From: a virus
Lineage: Duplodnaviria > Caudoviricetes
Length of the DNA: 24,744 nt
Strand: one strand, 5' to 3'
Virus record (IMG/VR): IMGVR_UViG_3300038808_000005
Span: 1 to 24,744 of that record
Shown: positions 1-7,623 of the stretch, in pieces
How positions within the stretch are numbered: position 1 is the first letter of the stretch
Layout: the number at the start of each line of letters is the position of its first letter
Made by a program: the position numbers and the translations under genes
Notes under the pieces: model-generated
Databases searched by the model: none
What the model was told of the DNA's origin: nothing
Seen by the model: the letters and a program-made list of their open reading frames with translations, nothing else

Positions 1-120
1 CAGCACCAGCACCAGCACCAGCACCAGCACCAGCACCAGCACCAGCACCAGCACCCGGGCCAGCACCCGGGCCAGGGCCAGGGCCAGGGCCAGGGCCAGC
101 ACCCGGGCCAGGGCCAGGGG
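1..120. repeat. Hexamer tandem repeat array (CAGCAC/CCGGGC/CAGGGC units), truncated by window start
   Basis: 20 consecutive in-register hexamers: CAGCAC x9 (1-54), then a mix of CCGGGC, CAGCAC and CAGGGC, ending CAGGGG. Confidence 0.95.
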
Positions 121-312
121 GCAGGGGCACGGCATCAGGATTAGCCGAGCGATTTAAACGGCCTGTAGCGCGCGCGGACTTCCGCTGGCCTGCACCCCTT
201 GCCCGCTCGTTTCGCGGCCCGTGTGGGGCTGCTGTCCGCGTCTGGTGGGTGCTGATGCACGGCCCCGGGCGGCGCATATGCACCCGAACCCCCCGTGCCC
301 CCTCGGCGCGCG

Positions 313-331
313 GTTGAGTCCCCGCCGCACC
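313..331 (-). other. cos: Putative cos site (19-nt cohesive end, P2 type)
   Basis: Minus strand reads GGTGCGGCGGGGACTCAAC followed by CGCGCGC. P2 cos as recalled is GGCGAGGCGGGGAAAGCAC followed by TGCGCGC. Confidence 0.8.
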
Positions 332-486
332 TGCGCGCTAAACATGTGGCTTTCGTCGGGGGTGTCGGCACGCTGGCGCGCAAGGCGTGGCGGCGCCTTG
401 CAGCCGATTCGCTGGACCGTTTCGGTGTCGGGAATCGTCGGGAAATGCCCGGTTTTGTCACATGGCGAAATGTGGCTGCGGCGCAC

Positions 487-512
487 AAGAAAAATCCCGC
501 GCTCGGCGGGAT
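487..512 (-). terminator. Intrinsic terminator of the FI-D operon
   Basis: Stem ATCCCGC(494-500)/GCGGGAT(506-512), followed on minus by TTTTCTT, about 20 nt after the D stop. Confidence 0.8.
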
Positions 513-533
513 CTTTGGCTGGGCTGCTGGCGG

Positions 534-1586
534 TCATCGGCTCCAGCGTTTGCCGGGTTGCCGCGTCTTTTCGCCGCCCGCCCGCTCCATCTCCAGGCGT
601 GTGGTCAGGCCGTTGTCATCCAGGGTGTGCTCCACGGTTTTGCATAGCCACTGCTCGCCGTCGATGTCTTCCTTGAAGCCGCTGACGGTGACGGGCGATT
701 GCACCATTACCGATGGATCTCCGATGGCCAGGGTGATCTCCAGCGTAGCGGCACCACGCTGCAGGCGCCCGCGTTCAGCCCGCGCCGCAGCCATGGCGTC
801 ATCTTCGGTGGCATAGCTGTCCTTGAGGGTCTTGAGGTTTTCTTCCTCGCCGTCGATGGCGGCCTGGCGGGATGCGCGGCCGTTGTCGTGCCAGTAGGCC
901 CGCACGCCCGTGTATGCATCACGCGCGGCGGTGTGATAGCGGTGGCGGTCCCCGTCCTGGCGGCGGATTTGCACGGCGGCCAGCTGCTTGCCGCTGGCAT
1001 TGCGCGTGCTGCCGATGGGCAAAAACACCAGGCGCCCCTTCTTGACCGTGGCCACGGCGTCGTGCTGTCGGCCCAGGCGCGTGAGGAAGTGCATATCGCT
1101 TTCGTTGGTCTGGTCGATGTGCTGCACGGGCAGGCCGGCAAGGGCGTCGTCCACATTGGCCTGCATGCCGTTGCGCTTGGCGATGTCCCGCACCACGCTG
1201 CCCAGCGTGGCGCCGTGCCAGCTGTTGCTGGCCCGCTGCCGCAAGGTCTGGCGCATTTCTGCACTGCGGGCGCGCAGCATGATGGTGTCGGGGGCGCCGC
1301 TGTGCTCGATCTCATCAATGATGAATTCGCCTTTATCCCACCAGCCGCCGCCGCGCGTATAGCCGAGCTGCAGCGCCAGGCGGGCGCCCACGGGCGGGAG
1401 CGCCAGGCTGTCGCGGGAATCGTCCAGCTCGATGTCCAGCTGGTCGGCCTTTTCGCCGCGGCTTTCGCGCAATGACAGGCGGATAAGTCGGCCGCGCAGG
1501 TTCTGGGTGATGTTGCGGCCGTCCAGCAGCAGCTGGTAGTCGGGCTTTTGGTAGACGCCCTCGGGGTCTTGCAGATCAATTTCCAT
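534..1586 (-). CDS. D: P2 gpD-like baseplate hub (late control D family)
   Basis: 350 aa; motifs RGEKADQLDIELDD, IEHSGAPD, HIDQTNESDMHFLTRLG; follows U. Confidence 0.95.
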   Translation of the reverse strand: MEIDLQDPEGVYQKPDYQLLLDGRNITQNLRGRLIRLSLRESRGEKADQLDIELDDSRDSLALPPVGARLALQLGYTRGGGWWDKGEFIIDEIEHSGAPDTIMLRARSAEMRQTLRQRASNSWHGATLGSVVRDIAKRNGMQANVDDALAGLPVQHIDQTNESDMHFLTRLGRQHDAVATVKKGRLVFLPIGSTRNASGKQLAAVQIRRQDGDRHRYHTAARDAYTGVRAYWHDNGRASRQAAIDGEEENLKTLKDSYATEDDAMAAARAERGRLQRGAATLEITLAIGDPSVMVQSPVTVSGFKEDIDGEQWLCKTVEHTLDDNGLTTRLEMERAGGEKTRQPGKRWSR

Positions 1587-1595
1587 GGCTCTGCC

Positions 1596-2054
1596 TCATT
1601 CCATCCACCAATCCCAATCGTCCCATTCCTCGTCTGGCGCGCCATCGCCTCCTGTGCCGCCTGATGGATCAGCCTGGCGGTCATCGACGCGCGCCAGCTG
1701 CAGCGTGAATTCGATGCGGCGCGGCAGGCCCTCGCGGATAAACAGGGTGCCGGTTTCCTCCACCGATTCAATGACCCACGCGCCGAACACTTCGCCCGCA
1801 CCATTGACCAGTGCATAGGCGGCGCCGGTGTCGCCCATCTGCCGCAGCTTGTCAATGGTGCGGCGATTGCCGAAGTGCTCGGGCGCCTGCAGCCCTGAGA
1901 GGGTGATGGTTTCGTCACCGGGGCCGAGGAATTGCCGCGCTGGCCTTGCGCCCACGCGGCTATTGCTGGGGTGGCGCCAGGCCGTGCTGCGGCGCAGTTC
2001 CTGGTATGCGAGTGTGTCGAGGGCAAAAACGAATTGCCCCAGGGCGGCCATCAT
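1596..2054 (-). CDS. U: P2 gpU-like tail protein
   Basis: 152 aa; MMAALGQFVF..LAYQEL.R...WRHPSNSRVG.RPA.QFLGPG.ETITLSG; lies between T and D. Confidence 0.95.
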   Translation of the reverse strand: MMAALGQFVFALDTLAYQELRRSTAWRHPSNSRVGARPARQFLGPGDETITLSGLQAPEHFGNRRTIDKLRQMGDTGAAYALVNGAGEVFGAWVIESVEETGTLFIREGLPRRIEFTLQLARVDDRQADPSGGTGGDGAPDEEWDDWDWWME

Positions 2055-2065
2055 GGGCGTTGCTC

Positions 2066-4714
2066 CTAGTCGATGTCGGCCAGCTGGCTGTAGCGGCGCG
2101 ATTCGCGGTCACGCTCGCGCCGGTCCAGTTCTGCGGACACTGCGCGGGCGATAGCCTGTGCGTCCTGGCCCGGGGCAGCGTTGATGGTGATGTTGATGGG
2201 GCCGCCGGCCGCAGCCGGCGCGGCACCGCTGGCCATGGCCATGGGGGTGGATGCCGCAGCGCCCATGGGCGCCATGGTGATGCCGGCCAGGCCCACGGCC
2301 GCCACGCGCGCCAGCGCCTGGCCACGCTCGATGCCCAGGGCCGCGCCTTCGCTGATGTGCTCGCCGTAGCGCATGAACACGCGGGAAGGGGATTGGATCT
2401 GCATGGGCTCGGTGAACCAGAGCTTGATGCTCTCGGCCATTCCGCCCATCACCTCCCTGGCTGCATCCCACTTGGCGCGGATGCCCGCAATCAGCCCATC
2501 CACCAGGTCACCGCCGGCGGTGAAAAACTTGTCCTTCCATCCCACGATGTCCTGCCACAGTGCATCAGCCCCTCCGGCTACGCTGGCCCACCACTGCGAA
2601 ACCGCAGTGCTCAGCTGGTCGCAGATGGTCAGGAAGCCGGCCTTCATCTGGTCCCAGTTGCGCCAGATGAGATAGGCGGCGCCTGCTATCAGGGAAATGG
2701 CGATCCCCAGCGGCGAGCCCAGTAGAAACCGCCCCACGAACAGCACCACACGGGCAATTGCCATGATGGCCTTGCCCGCGAAACTTGCCGCCCAGGCCAG
2801 TCCGGTGCGGAGAACGCCGGCAACCCAGGCGATAGCCTGTCCGGCCCTGGCCATGGCTCCACTGAGGCCAGCCCAGATCCTAGCCAGCAGGCTCCCGCCC
2901 GCAGCCGCCGCAGAGGCGCCGCCGAAGATCCTGGCAAACAGGAATCGCACCAGGGCGCCTTTTGCCAGCAGCAGGCCCAGAGGGATGAGCAGCGCGGTCA
3001 TTACAGCGCCAAGGCCCAGAAATGCGGCGCCCGTGTACATCACTGCCTTGGTCAGGCCGGGGTGCGCCTGGGCGAAGTTGGATACCGCCTCGGTCACCGC
3101 CGTGACCTTTTCCAGCAGCTGCACGTACAAGGGCAGGGCGGCCTCTCCCATGCGCAGATAGAGGTCGTCGCGGCGCTTTTCGAGGTCGATTTCCTTGCCG
3201 CGCGGCCCTTCCTTGACCATGCCGTGCAGCGTGTCCACGTTGGCCGCGCGCTCGTTCAGCGCATAGCTCTTGTTGATCATGGACCGCTGCTGGAACATCG
3301 TGGCGAACAGGCCGGCCGCATTGCGGTTGGAAAAGATGCCGCCGATGGCGTCCAGCACTTCCTTCTCGCTCTTGATGCCCTTGGCATTGAGCGCCGGCAC
3401 CAGCACGGTTTCCAGCCACTCGAATTGACTGCGCTGGAACACATCGGAGCCCTTGAGCGCCCCAACGCCGAGCTGGGCAATCTGGCCCACCTTGTCGTGC
3501 TTGACTTTGGACGGGTCGGCGATCAGGCCCAGCGTATCCAGCATGTTGGCCGCTCGCTTGGTGGTACGGCCCTGGTACAGATTCTGGTAGGCGGACATCA
3601 TGCCCGTGCCCACGCGGTCGCCGCCCATTTCCTGCACCAGCGGCTCCAGGCGGTAGAAGAATTCCTTCTCGCTGATGCCCTTGGCGGCCACGCCGCCGGT
3701 CTTGATGAGGTTGAGCCAGTCTTCGGCGCCGACCCGGCCGCCTGTGGCTGTCAGCACCTGCTGCACCAGGTTGCCGTTGCGCTCGAAGTCCTCGCGGTTG
3801 TTGGCGCCGTTGCGCATTTCGATGACCTTGAGCATGTCCATGAACTTGCGCTCGTTGTCAGCGGCATGCTCGCCCCCGAAGGCGGCCTCGTTCGCAAACT
3901 TCATCTTGGCCAGGAAGGGGAGCGCATCCTTGGCGTGGTCGAAGTCATTGAAGACGGTCACGGCATCACGCATCAGGGCCATGTTGTCCGTGGTGCTGGT
4001 GCCGTAACTCTTGAAGTTGCGCGCGTAGTCGATGGCCTTGCCGGCGTCTTCGCCTTCCAGGCCCAGGGCGCGGATGCGGATGGCTTCGCCGGCTGCTGTG
4101 CGGCTTTGCCCCATCAGGCCGGTGGCCGCATGGGCTGCGCGGCTGGTGGCGTAGTAGCTGCCCATTCCGGCCGCCGCCATGCCGGCACCCCGAGCGGCCA
4201 TGCGGCCGGCGCGTTGCCGGGCATCGGTCAGCGCCTGCAGGCGCGTCTTCTGTGCAGCCATGGCGGCGGTGGTGCGCTCCATGTCGGCGCGCAGGCTGCG
4301 TTCCTTGGCGGCCAAGCCCGTGGTGGACATTCCTGCCTGGCCCATGCGGTCGCGCAGCCCCTGCAATGTGGCCTGCTGCTGGGCGAATCGGTCCTTCAGT
4401 TCGCGCGCCCTGGCCTGGGCCTGGGCCATCTGGCGCGACATCGCTGCCGTCACGTTGCCGGCCGCTGCATGCTCTGCCGCGAGTGCCCGCACCTTGGCGC
4501 GCTGCGCGGCCAGTTCGCCGGTGAGGGTGGCGGATGCCTTGTGCGCGTTGCGGAAATTCTTGATGAGGCCCTGCTGGGCCTCCAGCTGCTTGTAGTTGTC
4601 GCGCAGGGTCTTGAGCGCGCGCGACGTGGCCGAGCTGCCAGAAACCACGCGCCGCAGCGGCCCGGTCACGCGGTCCACCGCGCTCATGATGACTTCTAGG
4701 CGGAGCCTGTCCAC
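2066..4714 (-). CDS. T: Tail tape measure protein
   Basis: 882 aa, Ala-rich coiled coil, N-terminal LRLEVIMSAVDRVTGPL, hydrophobic C-terminal half, IQSPSRVF motif; GTG start with AGGAG RBS. Confidence 0.95.
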   Translation of the reverse strand: MDRLRLEVIMSAVDRVTGPLRRVVSGSSATSRALKTLRDNYKQLEAQQGLIKNFRNAHKASATLTGELAAQRAKVRALAAEHAAAGNVTAAMSRQMAQAQARARELKDRFAQQQATLQGLRDRMGQAGMSTTGLAAKERSLRADMERTTAAMAAQKTRLQALTDARQRAGRMAARGAGMAAAGMGSYYATSRAAHAATGLMGQSRTAAGEAIRIRALGLEGEDAGKAIDYARNFKSYGTSTTDNMALMRDAVTVFNDFDHAKDALPFLAKMKFANEAAFGGEHAADNERKFMDMLKVIEMRNGANNREDFERNGNLVQQVLTATGGRVGAEDWLNLIKTGGVAAKGISEKEFFYRLEPLVQEMGGDRVGTGMMSAYQNLYQGRTTKRAANMLDTLGLIADPSKVKHDKVGQIAQLGVGALKGSDVFQRSQFEWLETVLVPALNAKGIKSEKEVLDAIGGIFSNRNAAGLFATMFQQRSMINKSYALNERAANVDTLHGMVKEGPRGKEIDLEKRRDDLYLRMGEAALPLYVQLLEKVTAVTEAVSNFAQAHPGLTKAVMYTGAAFLGLGAVMTALLIPLGLLLAKGALVRFLFARIFGGASAAAAGGSLLARIWAGLSGAMARAGQAIAWVAGVLRTGLAWAASFAGKAIMAIARVVLFVGRFLLGSPLGIAISLIAGAAYLIWRNWDQMKAGFLTICDQLSTAVSQWWASVAGGADALWQDIVGWKDKFFTAGGDLVDGLIAGIRAKWDAAREVMGGMAESIKLWFTEPMQIQSPSRVFMRYGEHISEGAALGIERGQALARVAAVGLAGITMAPMGAAASTPMAMASGAAPAAAGGPINITINAAPGQDAQAIARAVSAELDRRERDRESRRYSQLADID

Positions 4715-4729
4715 GGCGTTCTCCTGCTG

Positions 4730-4861
4730 CTATTTCTTTGGGGTCGCGTGCACTTCGTTCCAACGCTTGACGGCGCGCTCTCGCCAGTCGATCAGTTCAT
4801 CCATCTCCATGGCATACATGGCAGAGGGCGGCCAGTGGAACACCATGGCCAGGTCGGTCAT
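4730..4861 (-). CDS. E': GpE' tail assembly chaperone extension, reached by -1 frameshift from E
   Basis: Hand translation MTDLAMVFHWPPSAMYAMEMDELIDWRERAVKRWNEVHATPKK matches the P2 GpE family; absent from the ORF track (too short). Confidence 0.9.
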   Translation of the reverse strand: MTDLAMVFHWPPSAMYAMEMDELIDWRERAVKRWNEVHATPKK

Positions 4862-4869
4862 GTAGTCCT

Positions 4870-5220
4870 CTACACGCTCGCTTGATCCCTGGCCGATGCA
4901 GGCAGCAAAAAATTCACCAGCTCCGTTCCGACCTGCAGGACATCGGAAATGTCCATGTCCTTGACTTCATGGGGAACGATGCTGGGATGCGTCACACGGG
5001 GCAGCACCTTGACGATGGCATCGGTGTTCATCTGCATGAGATCCACCAGAGAGACGCCGCGCAGGTCGCCGGTCTGCGGCTTGATGATCTGGATTTTTGC
5101 CAGGTCGCCACCCTCGCGCTTGATGGGGGTTTCCAGCGTCACGGTGACGCAAGGGCGTCCGCCCACGGTGTTTTGTGCCGCAGCTTGCGGCTTGTCGGTA
5201 GCTTCGGTCTTGCCTGTCAT
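4870..5220 (-). CDS. E: Tail assembly chaperone gpE
   Basis: 116 aa; VTLETPIKR, KPQTGDLRGVSLVDLMQM, VLPRVTHPS; slippery TTTTTTG near the 3' end. Confidence 0.92.
   Translation of the reverse strand: MTGKTEATDKPQAAAQNTVGGRPCVTVTLETPIKREGGDLAKIQIIKPQTGDLRGVSLVDLMQMNTDAIVKVLPRVTHPSIVPHEVKDMDISDVLQVGTELVNFLLPASARDQASV
4906..4912 (-). promoter_or_regulatory. Programmed -1 ribosomal frameshift site TTTTTTG
   Basis: AAT TTT TTG in the E frame; the -1 frame is open through E' to TAG at 4730; same heptamer as P2 E/E'. Confidence 0.88.
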
Positions 5221-5243
5221 GTTGTGTTCCCCGCGTGAATGTC

Positions 5244-5283
5244 AAAAAGGAGCGGGCGGGCCGGGTTGGGCGGCGCCGCCCGC
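5244..5283 (-). terminator. Hairpin or partial terminator between FII and E
   Basis: GCGGGCGG-GCCG...CGGC-G-CCGCCCGC stem (5252-5283) followed on minus by TCCTTTTT. Confidence 0.55.
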
Positions 5284-5305
5284 AGGTGGTTGCCTGGTTG
5301 TGGGA

Positions 5306-5815
5306 TCAGATGCCCAAGTCGGCGCGCACGTTGGCCAGGATGTCCTCGCCGTCCACGATGCAGATCATGTTCACAAGGTCAATCTCGAAGTGCACGCGGC
5401 CGCCCACGGTCAGCTTGTAGTAGCTGAGTGCATAGGTGTAGTTCTGCTCGGTCATGTCGCCGGCCTTCTGGCTGCCGGTGTCCAGCTTGGCCAGTCGGCC
5501 GCGCATGAGGGCCTCGCAGGCCTGCGAGCCCCCTTCGTCGTCACGCGCCAGCGAGCCGGCAAAGCGCAGCATCACGGCATCGTGGCGGCGAGAACCCCAT
5601 TTGGCGGTCAGGCCATCGAGGAAGCCGGCGCCCTTGATCTCGGCCTCCATCTTTTCCTGGCCCATGTCCAGGGCGATCTCGCCATCCATGCCGCCGGCGC
5701 GGTAGTCCTCCAGCTTGCGGGACAGCTCGGGCAGCTTCACCTCGGGAACTTCGCCGCGATAGCTCACGCCGTCCACGAACAGCGCGAAGTTGATCAGTTT
5801 GCGTGGCAGTGCCAT
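5306..5815 (-). CDS. FII: Major tail tube protein
   Basis: 169 aa; MALPRKL.NF.LF.DG.SY.G, LPELSRKLEDYRAGGMDG, ANVRADLGI end. Confidence 0.97.
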   Translation of the reverse strand: MALPRKLINFALFVDGVSYRGEVPEVKLPELSRKLEDYRAGGMDGEIALDMGQEKMEAEIKGAGFLDGLTAKWGSRRHDAVMLRFAGSLARDDEGGSQACEALMRGRLAKLDTGSQKAGDMTEQNYTYALSYYKLTVGGRVHFEIDLVNMICIVDGEDILANVRADLGI

Positions 5816-5830
5816 GTGTTGCTCCTGTGC

Positions 5831-7027
5831 TTACAAGCCGCTGGAAACGCGGTTGGCGAAGTCGAGATAGAAACGGTCGGTGATGCGCTGGCGGAAACCC
5901 AGGTCTTCCAGCGGCGGCACGGGCGTGTAGTCGTAGTCGATGAGCAGCTTGCCGGTCTTCAGCGTTTCCGTGCTGTTGACGGTTTCGTCGTACCAGCATT
6001 CGCCGCCCAGGATGTAGCCCTGGGAGCGCAGCGTGCGAAAGCGCGAATTGATGCCCTCGATGATGTCCTTCACGATGGACGGATGCAGGGGCTTGTCAAC
6101 GAACTCGAAGTGCCCCTCCACCATGGTGTCGGCCAGGATGTGGGCCGTGCGCGTGGCGGTTTCAAATGCGAAGTTCTGCTCGGTGCTGCAGGTACGGTTG
6201 CCCCAGAAGCGGAACCCCTGGTGATTGATGAGCGTCGTGACTTTGCCCTCATTGAGCAGGTCGGCGTCTGAGTCCGTGCCCTGCAGATCCCAGTACACGC
6301 TGCGGCTGATGCCGGTGGGGCCGTTCAGGGGCACATTGGACAGGCTCTTGTGCCATCCCTGCTCCGCGTCAATGCGAGCGCGCAGGCCCAGGGCATATGC
6401 GGTAGCCGGTGCGACGATGCTCTTGTTCTGCACCGTGCTCCAGCGGGTGAATTCCGGCCAGATGAGCATGGTTTCGCGCTTGCCGAAATCGTTCTGGTAC
6501 AGCAGGGCCGCGCTCACGTCCTCACACTCCCAGGCCGAGGCATAGACCATTCCGCGCAGCTTTTCGCCGATGGCTGTAAGCGCATCGGCGACGGGCTTGG
6601 CGTCCAGGCCCGGCGCGCCCAGGATCCGCGGCTTCACGCCCAGGGTGGCCTGTGCATCCAGCAGAGCCTGCGCGCCAGTCCGTTTGCCGTTGCGGTAGTC
6701 GCCCACGGCCTTGCTGATCTGGTCGGCCTGGCGTTCCTCTTCGGTGGCGCCTTCGCCATCAGCAACCCGCACGATGACCATGGCGGGCCGGCATTGCTGC
6801 TCGATGGCTTCCAGCGATGGAGCCAGCGTTCCCAGGGTGCCGGCCTTCTCCAGCGCGCGGCGAATGTCTGTGACGAGCACGGGCGTGTCCGGTGGGAAGA
6901 ACGCTGCGTCTGCATCGCTGGCCGTGGCCACCATGCCGATGACCGCCGTGGAGACGATGCGCAGGGCGGTGGTGCCGGCGTTCAGTTCGGTGACGCGCAC
7001 GCCGTGGTGAAAACTTGCTGTGGCCAT
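5831..7027 (-). CDS. FI: Major tail sheath protein
   Basis: 398 aa from ATG 7027; FHHGVRV, LGVKPRILGAPG, GWHKSLSNV, GFRFWGNRTCS, IDYDYTPVPPLEDL. Confidence 0.97.
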   Translation of the reverse strand: MATASFHHGVRVTELNAGTTALRIVSTAVIGMVATASDADAAFFPPDTPVLVTDIRRALEKAGTLGTLAPSLEAIEQQCRPAMVIVRVADGEGATEEERQADQISKAVGDYRNGKRTGAQALLDAQATLGVKPRILGAPGLDAKPVADALTAIGEKLRGMVYASAWECEDVSAALLYQNDFGKRETMLIWPEFTRWSTVQNKSIVAPATAYALGLRARIDAEQGWHKSLSNVPLNGPTGISRSVYWDLQGTDSDADLLNEGKVTTLINHQGFRFWGNRTCSTEQNFAFETATRTAHILADTMVEGHFEFVDKPLHPSIVKDIIEGINSRFRTLRSQGYILGGECWYDETVNSTETLKTGKLLIDYDYTPVPPLEDLGFRQRITDRFYLDFANRVSSGL

Positions 7028-7078
7028 TGTTGAGCCCCTGAATGTGTTGCTGGTGCGCGGCTCGCGCGAGATGAGCCT

Positions 7079-7137
7079 ATGGTGCTCGGCACCAGCCGCA
7101 ATAGCCAGAAATGGCCGCTGTCGCTGGGCGTGCGACA
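7079..7137 (-). promoter_or_regulatory. Late promoter pF: activator dyad TGT-N13-ACA (7119-7137) plus -10 CACCAT (7079-7084)
   Basis: TGTCGC-N7-GCGACA; same dyad and 34-nt spacer to the -10 as upstream of V, O and P. Confidence 0.75.
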
Positions 7138-7140
7138 CAA

Positions 7141-7168
7141 AGACAAAGCCCGCCGAGTGGCGGGCTTG
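7141..7168 (-). terminator. Intrinsic terminator of the V operon
   Basis: AAGCCCGC-CGAGTG-GCGGGCTT stem; minus strand ends GGGCTTTGTCT, about 30 nt after the 141-aa ORF. Confidence 0.75.
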
Positions 7169-7196
7169 CGGTGGTGGCGCGGGTGGCGCGGCCAGG

Positions 7197-7622
7197 TCAG
7201 GCCGGCAGTTCGTCAGGGCGCGGCGGCGTGTCCGTGATCTGCAGCGCGCGGCCGTCTGCGATCAGGCCCACGTCTTCCAGCAGCTGCACGCCGGCCGCCA
7301 CGTCCGGGTCGTCAAGGTCGATGAAGCTGGCCAGCTCCTGGTCCTTCAACGTGCTGCGCAGCTGCGCGGCCTGCTGGCGTTCGCCGCTGGTGGCATCGGC
7401 GCGGTCCACGGCGGCCCATTCGATGGCGGCGCGCTCTGCGCCGGTGAAGCGGCGGCGAAATGCCAGCGGGGTGATATGGCGGTGGATCTGCGGTGCGGGC
7501 GCGGGCTGCTCCTGCTGCTCGGCCAGGCGCCAGGCGCCCGGGTAATGCTGCTGCGCGAAGTCTTCCGAGGCCCGGATGGTGTCCACGACTTGGCCGGTTT
7601 TCAGGATTTCGATGATGGGCAT
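7197..7622 (-). CDS. Hypothetical protein, probable fibre/adhesin assembly chaperone
   Basis: 141 aa, last gene of the V operon (P2 G position); ITPLAFRRRFT.AERAAI and FIDLDDPDV..GVQLL resemble small proteins recalled downstream of fibre genes. Confidence 0.6.
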   Translation of the reverse strand: MPIIEILKTGQVVDTIRASEDFAQQHYPGAWRLAEQQEQPAPAPQIHRHITPLAFRRRFTGAERAAIEWAAVDRADATSGERQQAAQLRSTLKDQELASFIDLDDPDVAAGVQLLEDVGLIADGRALQITDTPPRPDELPA

Positions 7623-7623
7623 T

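Noticed and set aside
1-120. CRISPR array
   Set aside because: 6-bp tandem units with no spacers and no cas genes
384-402. GGCGTGGCGGCGCC as an alternative cos
   Set aside because: Lacks the GGCGGGG core and the following GCGCGC; better explained as the loop and arm of the 380-401 inverted repeat
141-537. ORFs 141-488 and 154-537 as a possible ogr or moron
   Set aside because: No zinc-finger Cys pattern, low-complexity translation, and they overlap the terminator and cos region
7028-7196. Accessory morons at the P2 hotspots (G-FI here, S-V at 15643-15711)
   Set aside because: Gaps are only 169 and 69 nt and are filled by terminator and promoter elements
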